Shown here: positions 1 to 9,322 of the stretch, piece after piece | Position numbering within the stretch: the first letter of the stretch is position 1 | How the letters are laid out: each line of letters opens with the position of its first letter | Position numbers and translations under genes: made by a program | Origin: Candidatus Obscuribacteraceae bacterium | GTDB lineage: Bacteria > Cyanobacteriota > Vampirovibrionia > Obscuribacterales > Obscuribacteraceae | NCBI GenBank assembly: GCA_044226015.1 | Contig: JBGAHS010000004.1 | Location: 640,001-704,000 of the forward strand | Length of the DNA stretch: 64,000 bases | Direction: 5' to 3' | Notes under the pieces: model-generated | Seen by the model: the letters and a program-made list of their open reading frames with translations, nothing else | Told to the model about the DNA's origin: nothing | Databases searched by the model: none

Positions 1-256
1 AAACAAGATTGTTTTGAGAGCCTAAGTGGTGATCAGAGAAAATCAGAAGAATGAGAGATCGATTTGTAGTCGATATCAGAGTGCGTTTCGCGCTGGTCGA
101 GTTTTTGCATTTTCTGCGCTACAAATCCGCAGTTTTCTGGAACTCCTCCAATATGTCGTCGAGAGAAATTGTTGGAAGAGGATGTTCGTCCAGACTGGGC
201 TAATCGGTGGTTTATTGATGTGATGCTGCCGGAACGGTTGGTTTTCTTCCCCCGAA

Positions 257-463
257 GATTTTCTCCGGAACTGAAGCGGTACCGGATAGGATTTTCTCCG
301 GAACTGAAGCGGTACCGGATAAGATTTTCCCCGGAACTGAGGCGGTACCGGATAATATTTTCTCCGGAACTGAAGTGGTACCGGATAATATTTTCTCCGG
401 AACTGAAGTGGTACCGGATAGGATTTTCCTCCGGAACTGAAGCGGTACCGGATAGGATTTTCC
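257..463. repeat. Tandem array, 6 x 33-bp unit GATTTTCTCCGGAACTGAAGCGGTACCGGATAG (CGGTACCG family)
   Basis: Units start at 257, 290, 323, 356, 389 and 422; two carry TGGTACC. The unit matches part of the 67-68 bp unit at 48183-48477. Confidence 0.95.
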
Positions 464-580
464 AAACTCCGGTTTTCGTTTAATTTAGATTTGTGTACGC
501 CGACATTAGATCTCGAAAATTGGCAGAACCTTTCCGCCTGATTTGCGTATGAGTCTATTAGTGCTGCGAGGTCAATTATT

Positions 581-2026
581 ATGCTGCGATTTAAGCTGAT
601 TATTCTGACTGGAATTTCTGTCACACTGCTTTCCGGCTTAGGGGCTGAAGCTCGGGGTGGGCATGGTGGAGGTGCTCGTTCCAGCGGGGCGCGTGCTGCT
701 TCGGTTTCAAGAGCGACTAAGAATGCAGGTATGGCCGATGCTTATGGTTCTGGTTCAGCGTCCAACCAGAATCTTCCTGGGAGCCGGTTGGGTCGAGCCG
801 CGGATTTAATGGGGGCTGGAGATTTTTCAAGAAAAAGAAATGAGCGCGACAGTGCGTTGACTAATCTTCGGACGCAGTTGAGTGAACGCGGTGGGAACGA
901 AAAGTTCAACCGACTGCGAGAAATGTCAGAACATACTCCAGGTAAATTCTCCAAAAGAGCTGAGGAGCGACAAAACCGATTGAACAGGCTACAACACACG
1001 GATACTGCAGCAAATCGCACAGCAAGTTTACTCTTAAAGAATCGTGTGCCATCTAATGCTCCGACAATAGGGAATGCAAACGGTACCTGGCGGCTAAGCA
1101 AACTCGGTTCAAACCAGCGAAGAAATTGGTCGCAATGGGGCGACAAGAGTGGCACCACCAAAAATGGTGGCTCATATGATGTGAATCGTGACTACAGTTA
1201 CAGCAAAGAGAGTGGGCTGACCAAAACTGTTGAAACGACAGGAAGCACAGCAAATGGTGGCAGCTATGACAAGACAAAGTCAGTGACAGCTGGAAACGGG
1301 CAGGGCTACAGTAAGTCGACGGATCTTACAGGAAGTAAAGCAAATGGTGGCAGCTATGACAAGACAAAGTCAGTGACAGCTGGAAACGGGCAGGGCTACA
1401 GTAAGTCGACGGATCTCACAGGAAGCACAGCAAATGGTGGCAGCTATGACAAGACAAAGTCAGTGACAGCTGGAAACGGGCAGGGCTACAGTAAGTCGAC
1501 GGATCTCACAGGAAGCACAGCAAATGGTGGCAGCTATGACAAGACAAAGTCAGTGACAGCTGGAAACGGGCAGGGCTACAGTAAGTCGACGGATCTCACA
1601 GGAAGCACAGCAAATGGTGGCAGCTATGACAAGACAAAGTCAGTGACAGCTGGAAACGGGCAGGGCTACAGTAAGTCGACGGATCTCACAGGAAGCACAG
1701 CAAATGGTGGCAGCTATGACAAGACAAAGTCAGTGACAGCTGGAAATGGGCAGGGCTACAGTAAGTCGACGGATCTCACAGGAAGCCCAGCAAATGGTGG
1801 CAGCTATGACAAGACAAAGTCAGTGACAGCTGGAAATGGGCAGGGCTACAGTAAGTCGACGGATCTCACAGGAAGCCCAGCAAACGGCGGCAGCTATGAT
1901 AAGACAAAGTCAGTTACAGGCGGAAACGGGCAGGGTTACGTTAAGACAACGGGACGTTCCTATAACAAGGGGAGTAGCGAAAACAACCTTAACGACAAGC
2001 CTGACTCTGCGACTGGCGTGAAGTGA
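581..2026 (+). CDS. Secreted protein with 8 near-identical 30-aa Gly/Ser/Thr-rich repeats
   Basis: 481-aa ORF; signal-peptide-like start [24 protein letters not shown]; repeat [30 protein letters not shown]. Confidence 0.85.
   Translation: MLRFKLIILTGISVTLLSGLGAEARGGHGGGARSSGARAASVSRATKNAGMADAYGSGSASNQNLPGSRLGRAADLMGAGDFSRKRNERDSALTNLRTQLSERGGNEKFNRLREMSEHTPGKFSKRAEERQNRLNRLQHTDTAANRTASLLLKNRVPSNAPTIGNANGTWRLSKLGSNQRRNWSQWGDKSGTTKNGGSYDVNRDYSYSKESGLTKTVETTGSTANGGSYDKTKSVTAGNGQGYSKSTDLTGSKANGGSYDKTKSVTAGNGQGYSKSTDLTGSTANGGSYDKTKSVTAGNGQGYSKSTDLTGSTANGGSYDKTKSVTAGNGQGYSKSTDLTGSTANGGSYDKTKSVTAGNGQGYSKSTDLTGSTANGGSYDKTKSVTAGNGQGYSKSTDLTGSPANGGSYDKTKSVTAGNGQGYSKSTDLTGSPANGGSYDKTKSVTGGNGQGYVKTTGRSYNKGSSENNLNDKPDSATGVK
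1238..1945 (+). repeat. In-frame 90-bp tandem repeat x8
   Basis: ACAGGAAG...GCAAATGGTGGCAGCTATGAC recurs every 90 nt from 1238 to 1868; the last copy is diverged. Confidence 0.95.
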
Positions 2027-2147
2027 GCTGCGCGCTGTAATGTTGAATGCCCCGCTGCTGGTGCCTCAGCTTTGGTCCAACGCCCGAAAACAAACCGAAA
2101 CTTCCGAACCCGGTATCGATCCAGATTCGATCATCCAATCGGATCTC

Positions 2148-2397
2148 GAACCGGATCCAGAACCGGATCCAGAACCGGATCCAGAACCGGATCCAGAACC
2201 GGATCCAGAACCGGATCCAGAACCGGATCCCGAACCGGATCCAGAACCGGATCCAGAACCGGATCCCGAACCGGATCCAGAACCGGATCCAGAACCGGAT
2301 CCAGAACCGGATCCAGAACCGGATCCCGAACCGAATCCTGAACCGAATCCTGAACCGAACCCGGATCCCGAAACCAGACTTCCGCACCCGGATTCCT
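2148..2397. repeat. 12-bp tandem repeat GAACCGGATCC(A/C), about 16-18 copies, decaying at the right end
   Basis: Directly visible; it produces DPEP, IQNR and GSRT ORFs in all three + frames. Confidence 0.95.
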
Positions 2398-2563
2398 AAC
2401 CCAGGGTTCCGCACCCGGGTGCTAAATTTCAGAATTAATCTCTCGGGAGTCTGTCTTCTGCCGGTCCAGGCTTTTTTGGAGTTTTTCCTACGTATTTTCC
2501 TCAATTGCCTCAGGCAGCACAAAGCACTAATCTGTATCCAATTACATCGCGTTCGGGGGAACG

Positions 2564-4561
2564 ATGAGCCATAGCGGACCACCCGCAGAGAATGAGAAAT
2601 CAAACACCGCCATAGTGCACAAGGTGTTCAAGTCGAGCGCGGCTTTTGTCGCTGCCATTGGTTCCAAAATAAAATCTCTGAGAGGAAATGAATCTCTGGG
2701 AAATGAGAACCTCAATGAGCAGCGTCGGGCATCAAAAGCTCTGGATTCGCTGAAGATTCAATTGAGAATTTTGTCCGACGAGAGGGATTTTGCCGCTGTT
2801 CGGCAGATTGCCGAGAGCACTGGCGATGCTGAAATTGCATCGATTGCAATTTCATATCTTTCTGAAATAGAACATGCCGAGACAATCAATCAGCTTGGGC
2901 ACATCGCTCGCAGTCATTCACGGGCATGCATTCCAGCTTTGATAAGTCTCTTCAACAAAGGCGAGCCGGAAATAGCCGAAGCTATTTTATTGCAGCGATT
3001 ACAAAATGGTGATTACTTCAAATTGCTCAACGATGGAATGGCACGCCCCATGCTGCTTATGGATGTTCTAGGGGCTGTAGATGATTATAGGAAATCGAGT
3101 CTATGTTTGCAGTATTTTCCAAGTGTATGGAAATGCCTCGATGCTCGACCGGAGGAACAGGAAGGTTTACTCGCGGAGATTTTAGGGGATCCCAACCCTG
3201 CTGGAATGCGTTATTCTCCAGAGTCAAACATGATTCGACAGGATGTGAAAATTCAAGCGATGCAACTCTTGCATGCCCTCGAACCTGTCAGTTATGAACG
3301 CAGTCTCTGGTATGCCACCAGAGATGAGGACGATGTTGTAGCGTACACCGCAACAATGGCTTTGATAGACCACTGGCAACATGAAGGTTCGGTTCCTGCC
3401 CATTTGGAACCCTTTCCAATGCTGAATTTGAATCTATTGTTCTATCTGAGCAAGTTGGCATCAACTTTCCAGTGGAAAGGTCCTGCCGGCGTAATGGAAC
3501 AGTTTAAGGAATTCGAGAAAGAGGCAGAGGAGTTTGCTGGGAAGGATCCGAGTGCGGATCTAGTTGCCTACCAGACAGAGCTTAAGCGTCTCGAGAATAA
3601 GCGTGCCGATATTAAGAAGATCACTGATCAAAGATTGAATGCTCTTCAACCAATTGTTGATGGAGTGACAAAGTCACTGGCTTTGCCACATGCAAAAATA
3701 CGCTCTACTGATGTGCCTGGAGTTGCCGCATCCTACATCATCGGAGCGGGGACTGTGGAGTTCAGCACTATTTGCTTGCTTGATGATAAGCCGCTTACAG
3801 AGGAGTTCATGTCATCAATGTTGCATGAACTCGGTCATATGGAGCAAGATGTGCTCATTATTCGCATGATTGCTGATGAGATCGGGCTGTTGTTTGGTCA
3901 GCACGGAAGCAAACTGAAGATTTTGTTTGAGAAATATTCAGATGCGATAGGTTACGCGCCTGACAGCATCTTTCTTTTAGAGGTGCTTCGCTTGCGGCGT
4001 GATGTGCCGCTTACTCCAGCTGAGTTGAGTCGGGCTCAGAGATTGATTGATTCGGCAAGGCAGAATGCAATGCAGTCGCAAAACGGAAAGCGCGTGCAAG
4101 AGCGGATGGACAGAATCGAAGAGTCTATATTCGCAATGGAAGGTGGTGAATATGATCTCGAATTACTTGCCTGTCTCCAGGATGAAAACAGTTTCCGCCC
4201 ATTGTTTGAAAGTGGCTTCGTGCCTGCTGTTCTGTTAGAGGAAATTCGCCTGTGTCGTTCGCTGATAGAGGATTATGTTGATCGCGTAGGCAATCTATCG
4301 GGCGTTAAAGCAAAAGACAAGTTTGCTTATGCGCAGCAGCTCTATCCGCAGATAGAGAACAATGAGGATCCTCTGAAATTGACCCTTCGTCGCTTCATCG
4401 TTGTTGTTGTGTCTATGCTAAGTGAGGAGTATCGGCATTTGGAACGCCGGCGGTCGGAGATAAGGCGAGCTGGCTATCATGAGGCGGAGGCTTACACCAT
4501 TTCTGACCGAGTCGAAGTTATAGTCAAAGCTCTGCGAAAAAACTGGTATGAGTTCGTGTAA
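2564..4561 (+). CDS. Hypothetical protein with helical (HEAT-like) N-terminus and zincin-type HExxH motif
   Basis: 665 aa; MLHELGHMEQD motif and a distal GYHEAEAY candidate third ligand; no signal peptide. Confidence 0.75.
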   Translation: MSHSGPPAENEKSNTAIVHKVFKSSAAFVAAIGSKIKSLRGNESLGNENLNEQRRASKALDSLKIQLRILSDERDFAAVRQIAESTGDAEIASIAISYLSEIEHAETINQLGHIARSHSRACIPALISLFNKGEPEIAEAILLQRLQNGDYFKLLNDGMARPMLLMDVLGAVDDYRKSSLCLQYFPSVWKCLDARPEEQEGLLAEILGDPNPAGMRYSPESNMIRQDVKIQAMQLLHALEPVSYERSLWYATRDEDDVVAYTATMALIDHWQHEGSVPAHLEPFPMLNLNLLFYLSKLASTFQWKGPAGVMEQFKEFEKEAEEFAGKDPSADLVAYQTELKRLENKRADIKKITDQRLNALQPIVDGVTKSLALPHAKIRSTDVPGVAASYIIGAGTVEFSTICLLDDKPLTEEFMSSMLHELGHMEQDVLIIRMIADEIGLLFGQHGSKLKILFEKYSDAIGYAPDSIFLLEVLRLRRDVPLTPAELSRAQRLIDSARQNAMQSQNGKRVQERMDRIEESIFAMEGGEYDLELLACLQDENSFRPLFESGFVPAVLLEEIRLCRSLIEDYVDRVGNLSGVKAKDKFAYAQQLYPQIENNEDPLKLTLRRFIVVVVSMLSEEYRHLERRRSEIRRAGYHEAEAYTISDRVEVIVKALRKNWYEFV

Positions 4562-4587
4562 TTAAAGAACACTTCCCTGTGCCGTTT

Positions 4588-4685
4588 AGATTTTCGCGAA
4601 AACGCAGAGTTTCGGGGAAAATCTGCGCGGCAGAAAAACATGAGAACTTAGCCGGTACCGCTTCAGTTTTAGGAAAGTGCTGCCC
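4588..4685. repeat. Single copy of the long CGGTACCG-family unit
   Basis: GAGTTTCGGGGAAAATCTGCGCGGCAGAAAAACATGAGAACTTAGCCGGTACCGCTTCAGTTTT matches the units at 50330-50580. Confidence 0.85.
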
Positions 4686-4858
4686 GGGTCTTTGAAGGAG
4701 CCGGGGGATTGTGTCAAACCTTGCTCGGTTCTTATTACAAATTCATTTTAATCTTGCTGCGGTTATTCCCACCCTGAGGGGGAGATACCGTGGGGACTGT
4801 AGCGTGGGGCCGTTGTAAATTGTTGGTGGTTTAAGGCACTGGGCAATCGGGTTTACAA

Positions 4859-6457
4859 ATGGATTATGCAAAAGGGCGGGAGAAACCCGCGAATCACAAG
4901 CCAGAGAATAGTTCGGACGCATCTAGTGATCGCCGGGCAGACTGGTGCAAAGAAGCGTATGGCGGACAGGCATTCCGTAGTCTGGAAAAGGAGCTAGGCA
5001 ATCCAGGCTATTTCTGCCACCAAAAGTCGCAACATAATGGCGAGCGATCTGTTCCAGCTCCCTATTATCCTCATCACGAGAACAACAAGCATCACAATGC
5101 GCCACATGCTGGAACCATACCTCCCGTTGTACGTGAGAACCAACGCTCTAACTCTCATCATCAAGGGCGCGAAAATTGTCTACCCTGTGAGGCTCCTGGC
5201 CGGGCGCAATATTCGGCACGTGAGCCGTATCAGTACTATCAAAATTCTCGCGATCAGTCCTACCGCGTAGCTCCGCCGTCGCAGCTTGATGCGTATGGAC
5301 CTCAGGGATATGATTCTCAATTCTCATCAAATGAATACGGACCGCAAAGTTATGATCAGCGCTATGTGCGACGTGATTACGGACCGCAAAACTATGCTCC
5401 ATCAAGCAATTCGTGCAATGACGTTTGCAACAATCCAGAGCGCTATAACTACCCGGGAATGGACTACGATCAGTCGCGTCAATATGAGGCGCAGCAGTTT
5501 GACGCGGTGCGTGAACAGGCTCGTCAGCAGCGTTATTCCAGACAACAATCGATGATCAACGGCGATATCTTCTTCAACTCCTCACGAACGGTAGCTTATC
5601 GAAACCAAGGCAATGGTTATCAGCAACAATGGTGGCAAGATACGCAGATGCCATTCGAGCCGGGACGCAGGAATATGCCGAGTGGAAATCCTGAGCTGGA
5701 TTCGTACCGTGAGCAATGGTGGAATCAGGCCAATAATCCGGACGGATCGCGTTATTATCCGGGACGAAATCCTGAACTCGATAATCAACGTCGGCAGTGG
5801 TGGGAGCAATCACAGTATCCGGGTGATTCCCGCTATCAGCCAGGTCGAAATCCGGAACTTAACAACTTTCGTGAACAGTGGTGGAGAAATGCTCAAACTC
5901 GTCCTGATGGGTATTACGGTCCTCAGGCGCCGCCATATCCCGGCTCGATTGATCAGGGGTATCCTCCCGATGGCTATGAAAACGTCCCTCCAGACCAATA
6001 TGATCCGCGCCGTGATCAATACGATCCGCGTGGCGACCGGTACGATAATAGGGATGCTGTTCAATTCCAGAATATGGGACGTGCAATCAAGTCAGTATTA
6101 GGGCACTCAGTCGAGGAATTCGATAGGACTGTACCCGCTCGTCTCGGTTGTGTCAGAGCCGTGAGCCTCGTACTAGAGAGAACTTATGGAATGCCAATTC
6201 GCGATCAGAATACTGATCGAATACAAGAGACTTTGCTTTCAAATGGATGGGTTTCAATTGATCCATCACGGGTTCAAGAAGGCGATGTTATCATTGGTGA
6301 TCGCGGCGAAGGAAAGCATGGACATGCCGCAATTTATGTAGGCAATGACCAAATATTCAATAACGATAGCAACACTGGTGTTATGCAATTCGATAGTGCA
6401 AATAAATTCCGTACTGGTGAATTCGTTAAGATAAAAGCCTATAGAAAAGTTCGCTAG
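4859..6457 (+). CDS. Low-complexity Q/Y/P/G/N-rich protein with C-terminal NlpC/P60-like (papain-fold) amidase/peptidase domain
   Basis: C-terminal LGCVRAVS...GDVII...HGHAAIYVG Cys/His pattern; long polar N-terminal region with PGRNPEL...QWW repeats. Confidence 0.75.
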   Translation: MDYAKGREKPANHKPENSSDASSDRRADWCKEAYGGQAFRSLEKELGNPGYFCHQKSQHNGERSVPAPYYPHHENNKHHNAPHAGTIPPVVRENQRSNSHHQGRENCLPCEAPGRAQYSAREPYQYYQNSRDQSYRVAPPSQLDAYGPQGYDSQFSSNEYGPQSYDQRYVRRDYGPQNYAPSSNSCNDVCNNPERYNYPGMDYDQSRQYEAQQFDAVREQARQQRYSRQQSMINGDIFFNSSRTVAYRNQGNGYQQQWWQDTQMPFEPGRRNMPSGNPELDSYREQWWNQANNPDGSRYYPGRNPELDNQRRQWWEQSQYPGDSRYQPGRNPELNNFREQWWRNAQTRPDGYYGPQAPPYPGSIDQGYPPDGYENVPPDQYDPRRDQYDPRGDRYDNRDAVQFQNMGRAIKSVLGHSVEEFDRTVPARLGCVRAVSLVLERTYGMPIRDQNTDRIQETLLSNGWVSIDPSRVQEGDVIIGDRGEGKHGHAAIYVGNDQIFNNDSNTGVMQFDSANKFRTGEFVKIKAYRKVR

Positions 6458-6630
6458 CCTATTTTTATTCTGTGGCTAGAGGCGCGAGCAAACCTACAGC
6501 CGTTAGCAAGCTTCGTGAGATCTACCTCTTTTGTGGGTCTTGCGGATCGTTCGTCAGATTGTTAGTTCACGATGAAGTGGAATACTAGAGTTTCTGCTAA
6601 AATCCTCCGGTCGTTTTGAATCTACTTGTC

Positions 6631-7707
6631 ATGAAACTGAGTCGCCGTAAATTTCTGGAATTTTCCTTTGCTACCGCATGTGGTGCATTGAGTTCGTCTT
6701 GTGCAGATGCGGAAAAAAAACTCTCGAGTAGTACTAAGCAATTAAACATTTACAGTTGGCCAGATTATATTCACAAAGATGCAATTCCCGAGTTTGAGAA
6801 ACGTTATGGCATCAAGGTTGTATATGATGTCGTTTCTTCGAATGAGGGGCTCATGGCAAAATTTCAGGCCGGAGCTTCGAACTATGACATCATTGTTCCT
6901 TCAAATTATGTCGTCAACAAATTGAAGGAGCAGAAACTTCTGCGACCCATTGAAAAAGATCGACTCCGCAATTTCGGAAACTTGATGCCTCGATTTGCTA
7001 ATACCGCTTTTGATCCGGGATGCCAGGTGTCTGTTCCATACACATTTGGTACAACTGGTATTGCGTATAACACCAAGGCACCATGTTATTCAGATGGCAA
7101 ATATCCGGATGATCTCGATGCCTTCTGGGATGCACGAATGAAAGGACGCATCACGCTTTTGGAAGATGTTCGAGAAACACTCGGCATGGCTTTGATTAGA
7201 AGGGGATTCTCCCTTAACTCTACAGATGAGAAAGAACTGCGAACCGCTTACGATGACCTCAAAGAGCAAAAGAAGCTGATCATGTGTTACACATCCGATC
7301 AGGTTATTGTTAGTTTGGCTAGCGGTGATAGTTGGCTATCTTTAGCTTACAGCGGTGATGCGCAGCAGGCAATACGACAAAATTCTGACTTGCGTTATGT
7401 GATACCTAAGACCGGTGCCTCGATGTGGATGGACACCCTATGTATTCCAAAAAATGCTCCGCATCCTGAGTATGCCCATCTCTGGATAGATTATATGCTG
7501 GAGCCAGAAGTCGCGGCCAAAATGTCAGAATTTACAGGTTATGCAACGCCTAATGCGGCAGCGAGCAAGTTGCTTCCGTCTGACGTGTTGGCGGACGAAG
7601 AAATTTATCCCCCAGAAAAAGTGTTGGAGCGTCTTCAAGACGTAAAAGATGTGGGATCTGCCATTTTTCTTTATGACCGTCTTTGGACAGAATTGAAGTG
7701 TGTATAG
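6631..7707 (+). CDS. potD: Spermidine/putrescine ABC transporter substrate-binding protein
   Basis: LNIYSWPDYI, YDIIVPSNY, PYTFGTTGIAYN and WMDTLCIPK are typical PotD/PotF motifs; twin-arginine-like SRRKFL start (ATG at 6631 preferred). Confidence 0.9.
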   Translation: MKLSRRKFLEFSFATACGALSSSCADAEKKLSSSTKQLNIYSWPDYIHKDAIPEFEKRYGIKVVYDVVSSNEGLMAKFQAGASNYDIIVPSNYVVNKLKEQKLLRPIEKDRLRNFGNLMPRFANTAFDPGCQVSVPYTFGTTGIAYNTKAPCYSDGKYPDDLDAFWDARMKGRITLLEDVRETLGMALIRRGFSLNSTDEKELRTAYDDLKEQKKLIMCYTSDQVIVSLASGDSWLSLAYSGDAQQAIRQNSDLRYVIPKTGASMWMDTLCIPKNAPHPEYAHLWIDYMLEPEVAAKMSEFTGYATPNAAASKLLPSDVLADEEIYPPEKVLERLQDVKDVGSAIFLYDRLWTELKCV

Positions 7708-7723
7708 AGCGAACGTTTCAGAA

Positions 7724-8276
7724 GAAGAACTAAAGCGGTACCGTTTCGGTGAAGAACTAAAGCGGTGCCGTTTGGGTGAAGAACCAAAGCGGTACCGTTT
7801 CGGTGAAGAACTAAAGAAGTGCCGTTTGGGTGAAGAACTAAAGCGGTACCGTTTCGGTGAAGAACTAAAGAGGTACCGTTTTGGCAGAAGAACTAAAGCG
7901 GTACCGTTTCGGTGAAGAACTAAAGAGGTACCGTTTTGGCAGAAGAACTAGAGCGGTACCGTTTCGGTGAAGAACTAAAGCGGTACCGTTTCGGTGAAGA
8001 ACTAAAGAGGTGCCGTTTCGGTGAAGAACTAAAGAGGTACCGTTTTGGCAGAAGAGCTAAAGCTGTACCGTTTTGGCAGAAGAACTAAAGCGGTACCGTT
8101 TCGGTGAAGAACTAAAGAGGTGCCGTTTCGGTGAAGAACTAAAGCGGTACCGTTTCGGTGAAGAACTAAAGCGGTACCGTTTGGGCGAAGAACTAAAGCG
8201 GTACCGTTTGGGCGAAGAACTAAAGAGGTAACGTTTCAGCTGAAGAACTAAAGCGGTACCGTTTGGGCGAAGAACT
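7724..8276. repeat. Tandem array, 20 x 27-28 bp GAAGAACTAAAGCGGTACCGTTTCGGT (CGGTACCG family)
   Basis: Units counted individually; fills most of the gap between convergent potD and the USP gene; no unique spacers. Confidence 0.97.
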
Positions 8277-8299
8277 TGTTGAGTCTTCCAAATATCTAA

Positions 8300-9268
8300 T
8301 TACTTTTTGGCATGGGGGCGGACCACAAGCACCGAGCACGGAGCGTGTGTTGCACTAGCCTTGCTTACGCTGCCCAGTACTAGATCCATAAATCCACCTC
8401 TTCCATGAGAGCCCATGATCAACAGATCTGCTGGCCAGTTTTTCGCCATTTCGATTATCTGATCTTTTGCGTAGCCCTCGAGAACTTCGCCGCTAACATC
8501 GGCGTCTGGAAACCTCTCTTTGATTTTTGCAGTTGCTTCCGCAACAACCTTTCTGGCAATTTCCTTTTCTGCATCGAGTGTCTTGTTGACCAGCTTCACA
8601 TATTCCTCAGAGCCAGTGCCCTCCCACGGACCCAGTCCGGAATAGGCTTGAAATAGCAATGGTTCAACCACGCTTACTATCTTAAAGAACGACTTTGGTG
8701 GAAATCTGCGGGAAAGGACGTTTGCCATTGTTGCCTCGGAGCAAGTTGAATCGTCCAGCGCAATCAGATATTTATCTTCCTCTACTGGCTGCTGCCTCTC
8801 AATCTCCGTGAGCATGGTAGAAAGGCTTGCTGCTCTGAGGATTTCCACAGAGCAATTAGCATGCGATAAAACGAAATCAGGAGTGCTACCAAACAACCCC
8901 ACTTCTTTCTGTCCATGCGCGCCGATAACAATTGTGTCGGCGTTGAACTTCTTCGCTTCTTCTACAATTTTCTGTTTTATCTTTCCTTCAACCACAGCTG
9001 AACTCACATGCTCAGCCCCAAATTTGCTTGTTAATCTGTCGGCGTATTTTGCCACCATGGTAGTTGTGCTGGCAAGGAGTTTCTGACGAGCTTCATCTGC
9101 GATTTTGCCTAAACCTAGAAAACCGATCGTGCTATTGATTTTGTCGTGCATCGGTTCCATAACGCTAATAACTTGGATGCTAGTTCCTTCTTCCCATGGG
9201 CGATAAAGCACCACCTCTAGTGCCGCATCGGCATTTGCGGATCCATCGGTCGCTAGAAGTATTCTCAT
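8300..9268 (-). CDS. Universal stress protein with two tandem USP domains
   Basis: MRILLATDGS; ADTIVIGAHG; ADLLIMGSHGRGG...LGSVS...APCSVLVVR. Confidence 0.93.
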   Translation of the reverse strand: MRILLATDGSANADAALEVVLYRPWEEGTSIQVISVMEPMHDKINSTIGFLGLGKIADEARQKLLASTTTMVAKYADRLTSKFGAEHVSSAVVEGKIKQKIVEEAKKFNADTIVIGAHGQKEVGLFGSTPDFVLSHANCSVEILRAASLSTMLTEIERQQPVEEDKYLIALDDSTCSEATMANVLSRRFPPKSFFKIVSVVEPLLFQAYSGLGPWEGTGSEEYVKLVNKTLDAEKEIARKVVAEATAKIKERFPDADVSGEVLEGYAKDQIIEMAKNWPADLLIMGSHGRGGFMDLVLGSVSKASATHAPCSVLVVRPHAKK

Positions 9269-9322
9269 TTCGTCCTCCCTCGCAGGTCAATTTGTACCTA
9301 AAATAGATGCCTTGAAAAATAC

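Noticed and set aside
26..223. 65-aa ORF at the window start
   Set aside because: No recognisable motif, and the context is cut by the window edge.
76..624. ORFs made of LKRYR / VPLQF / SGTV peptides (also 7700, 28577, 36096, 36575, 50094, 50192, 59106, 59158)
   Set aside because: They are translations of stop-free intergenic repeats, open in several frames and on both strands.
1989..2603. DPEP, IQNR, GSRT and WIRF repeat proteins
   Set aside because: A 12-bp stop-free repeat opens many frames; no RBS or domain supports any of them, although the DPEP frame cannot be fully excluded.
7724..8276. CRISPR array (also considered for 28634, 36424, 48183, 50285 and 59083)
   Set aside because: Units abut directly, or the intervening sequence is itself repeated; there are no unique spacers, leader or cas genes. 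The palindromic 27-28 bp units and 64-68 bp periods could fool CRISPR finders.
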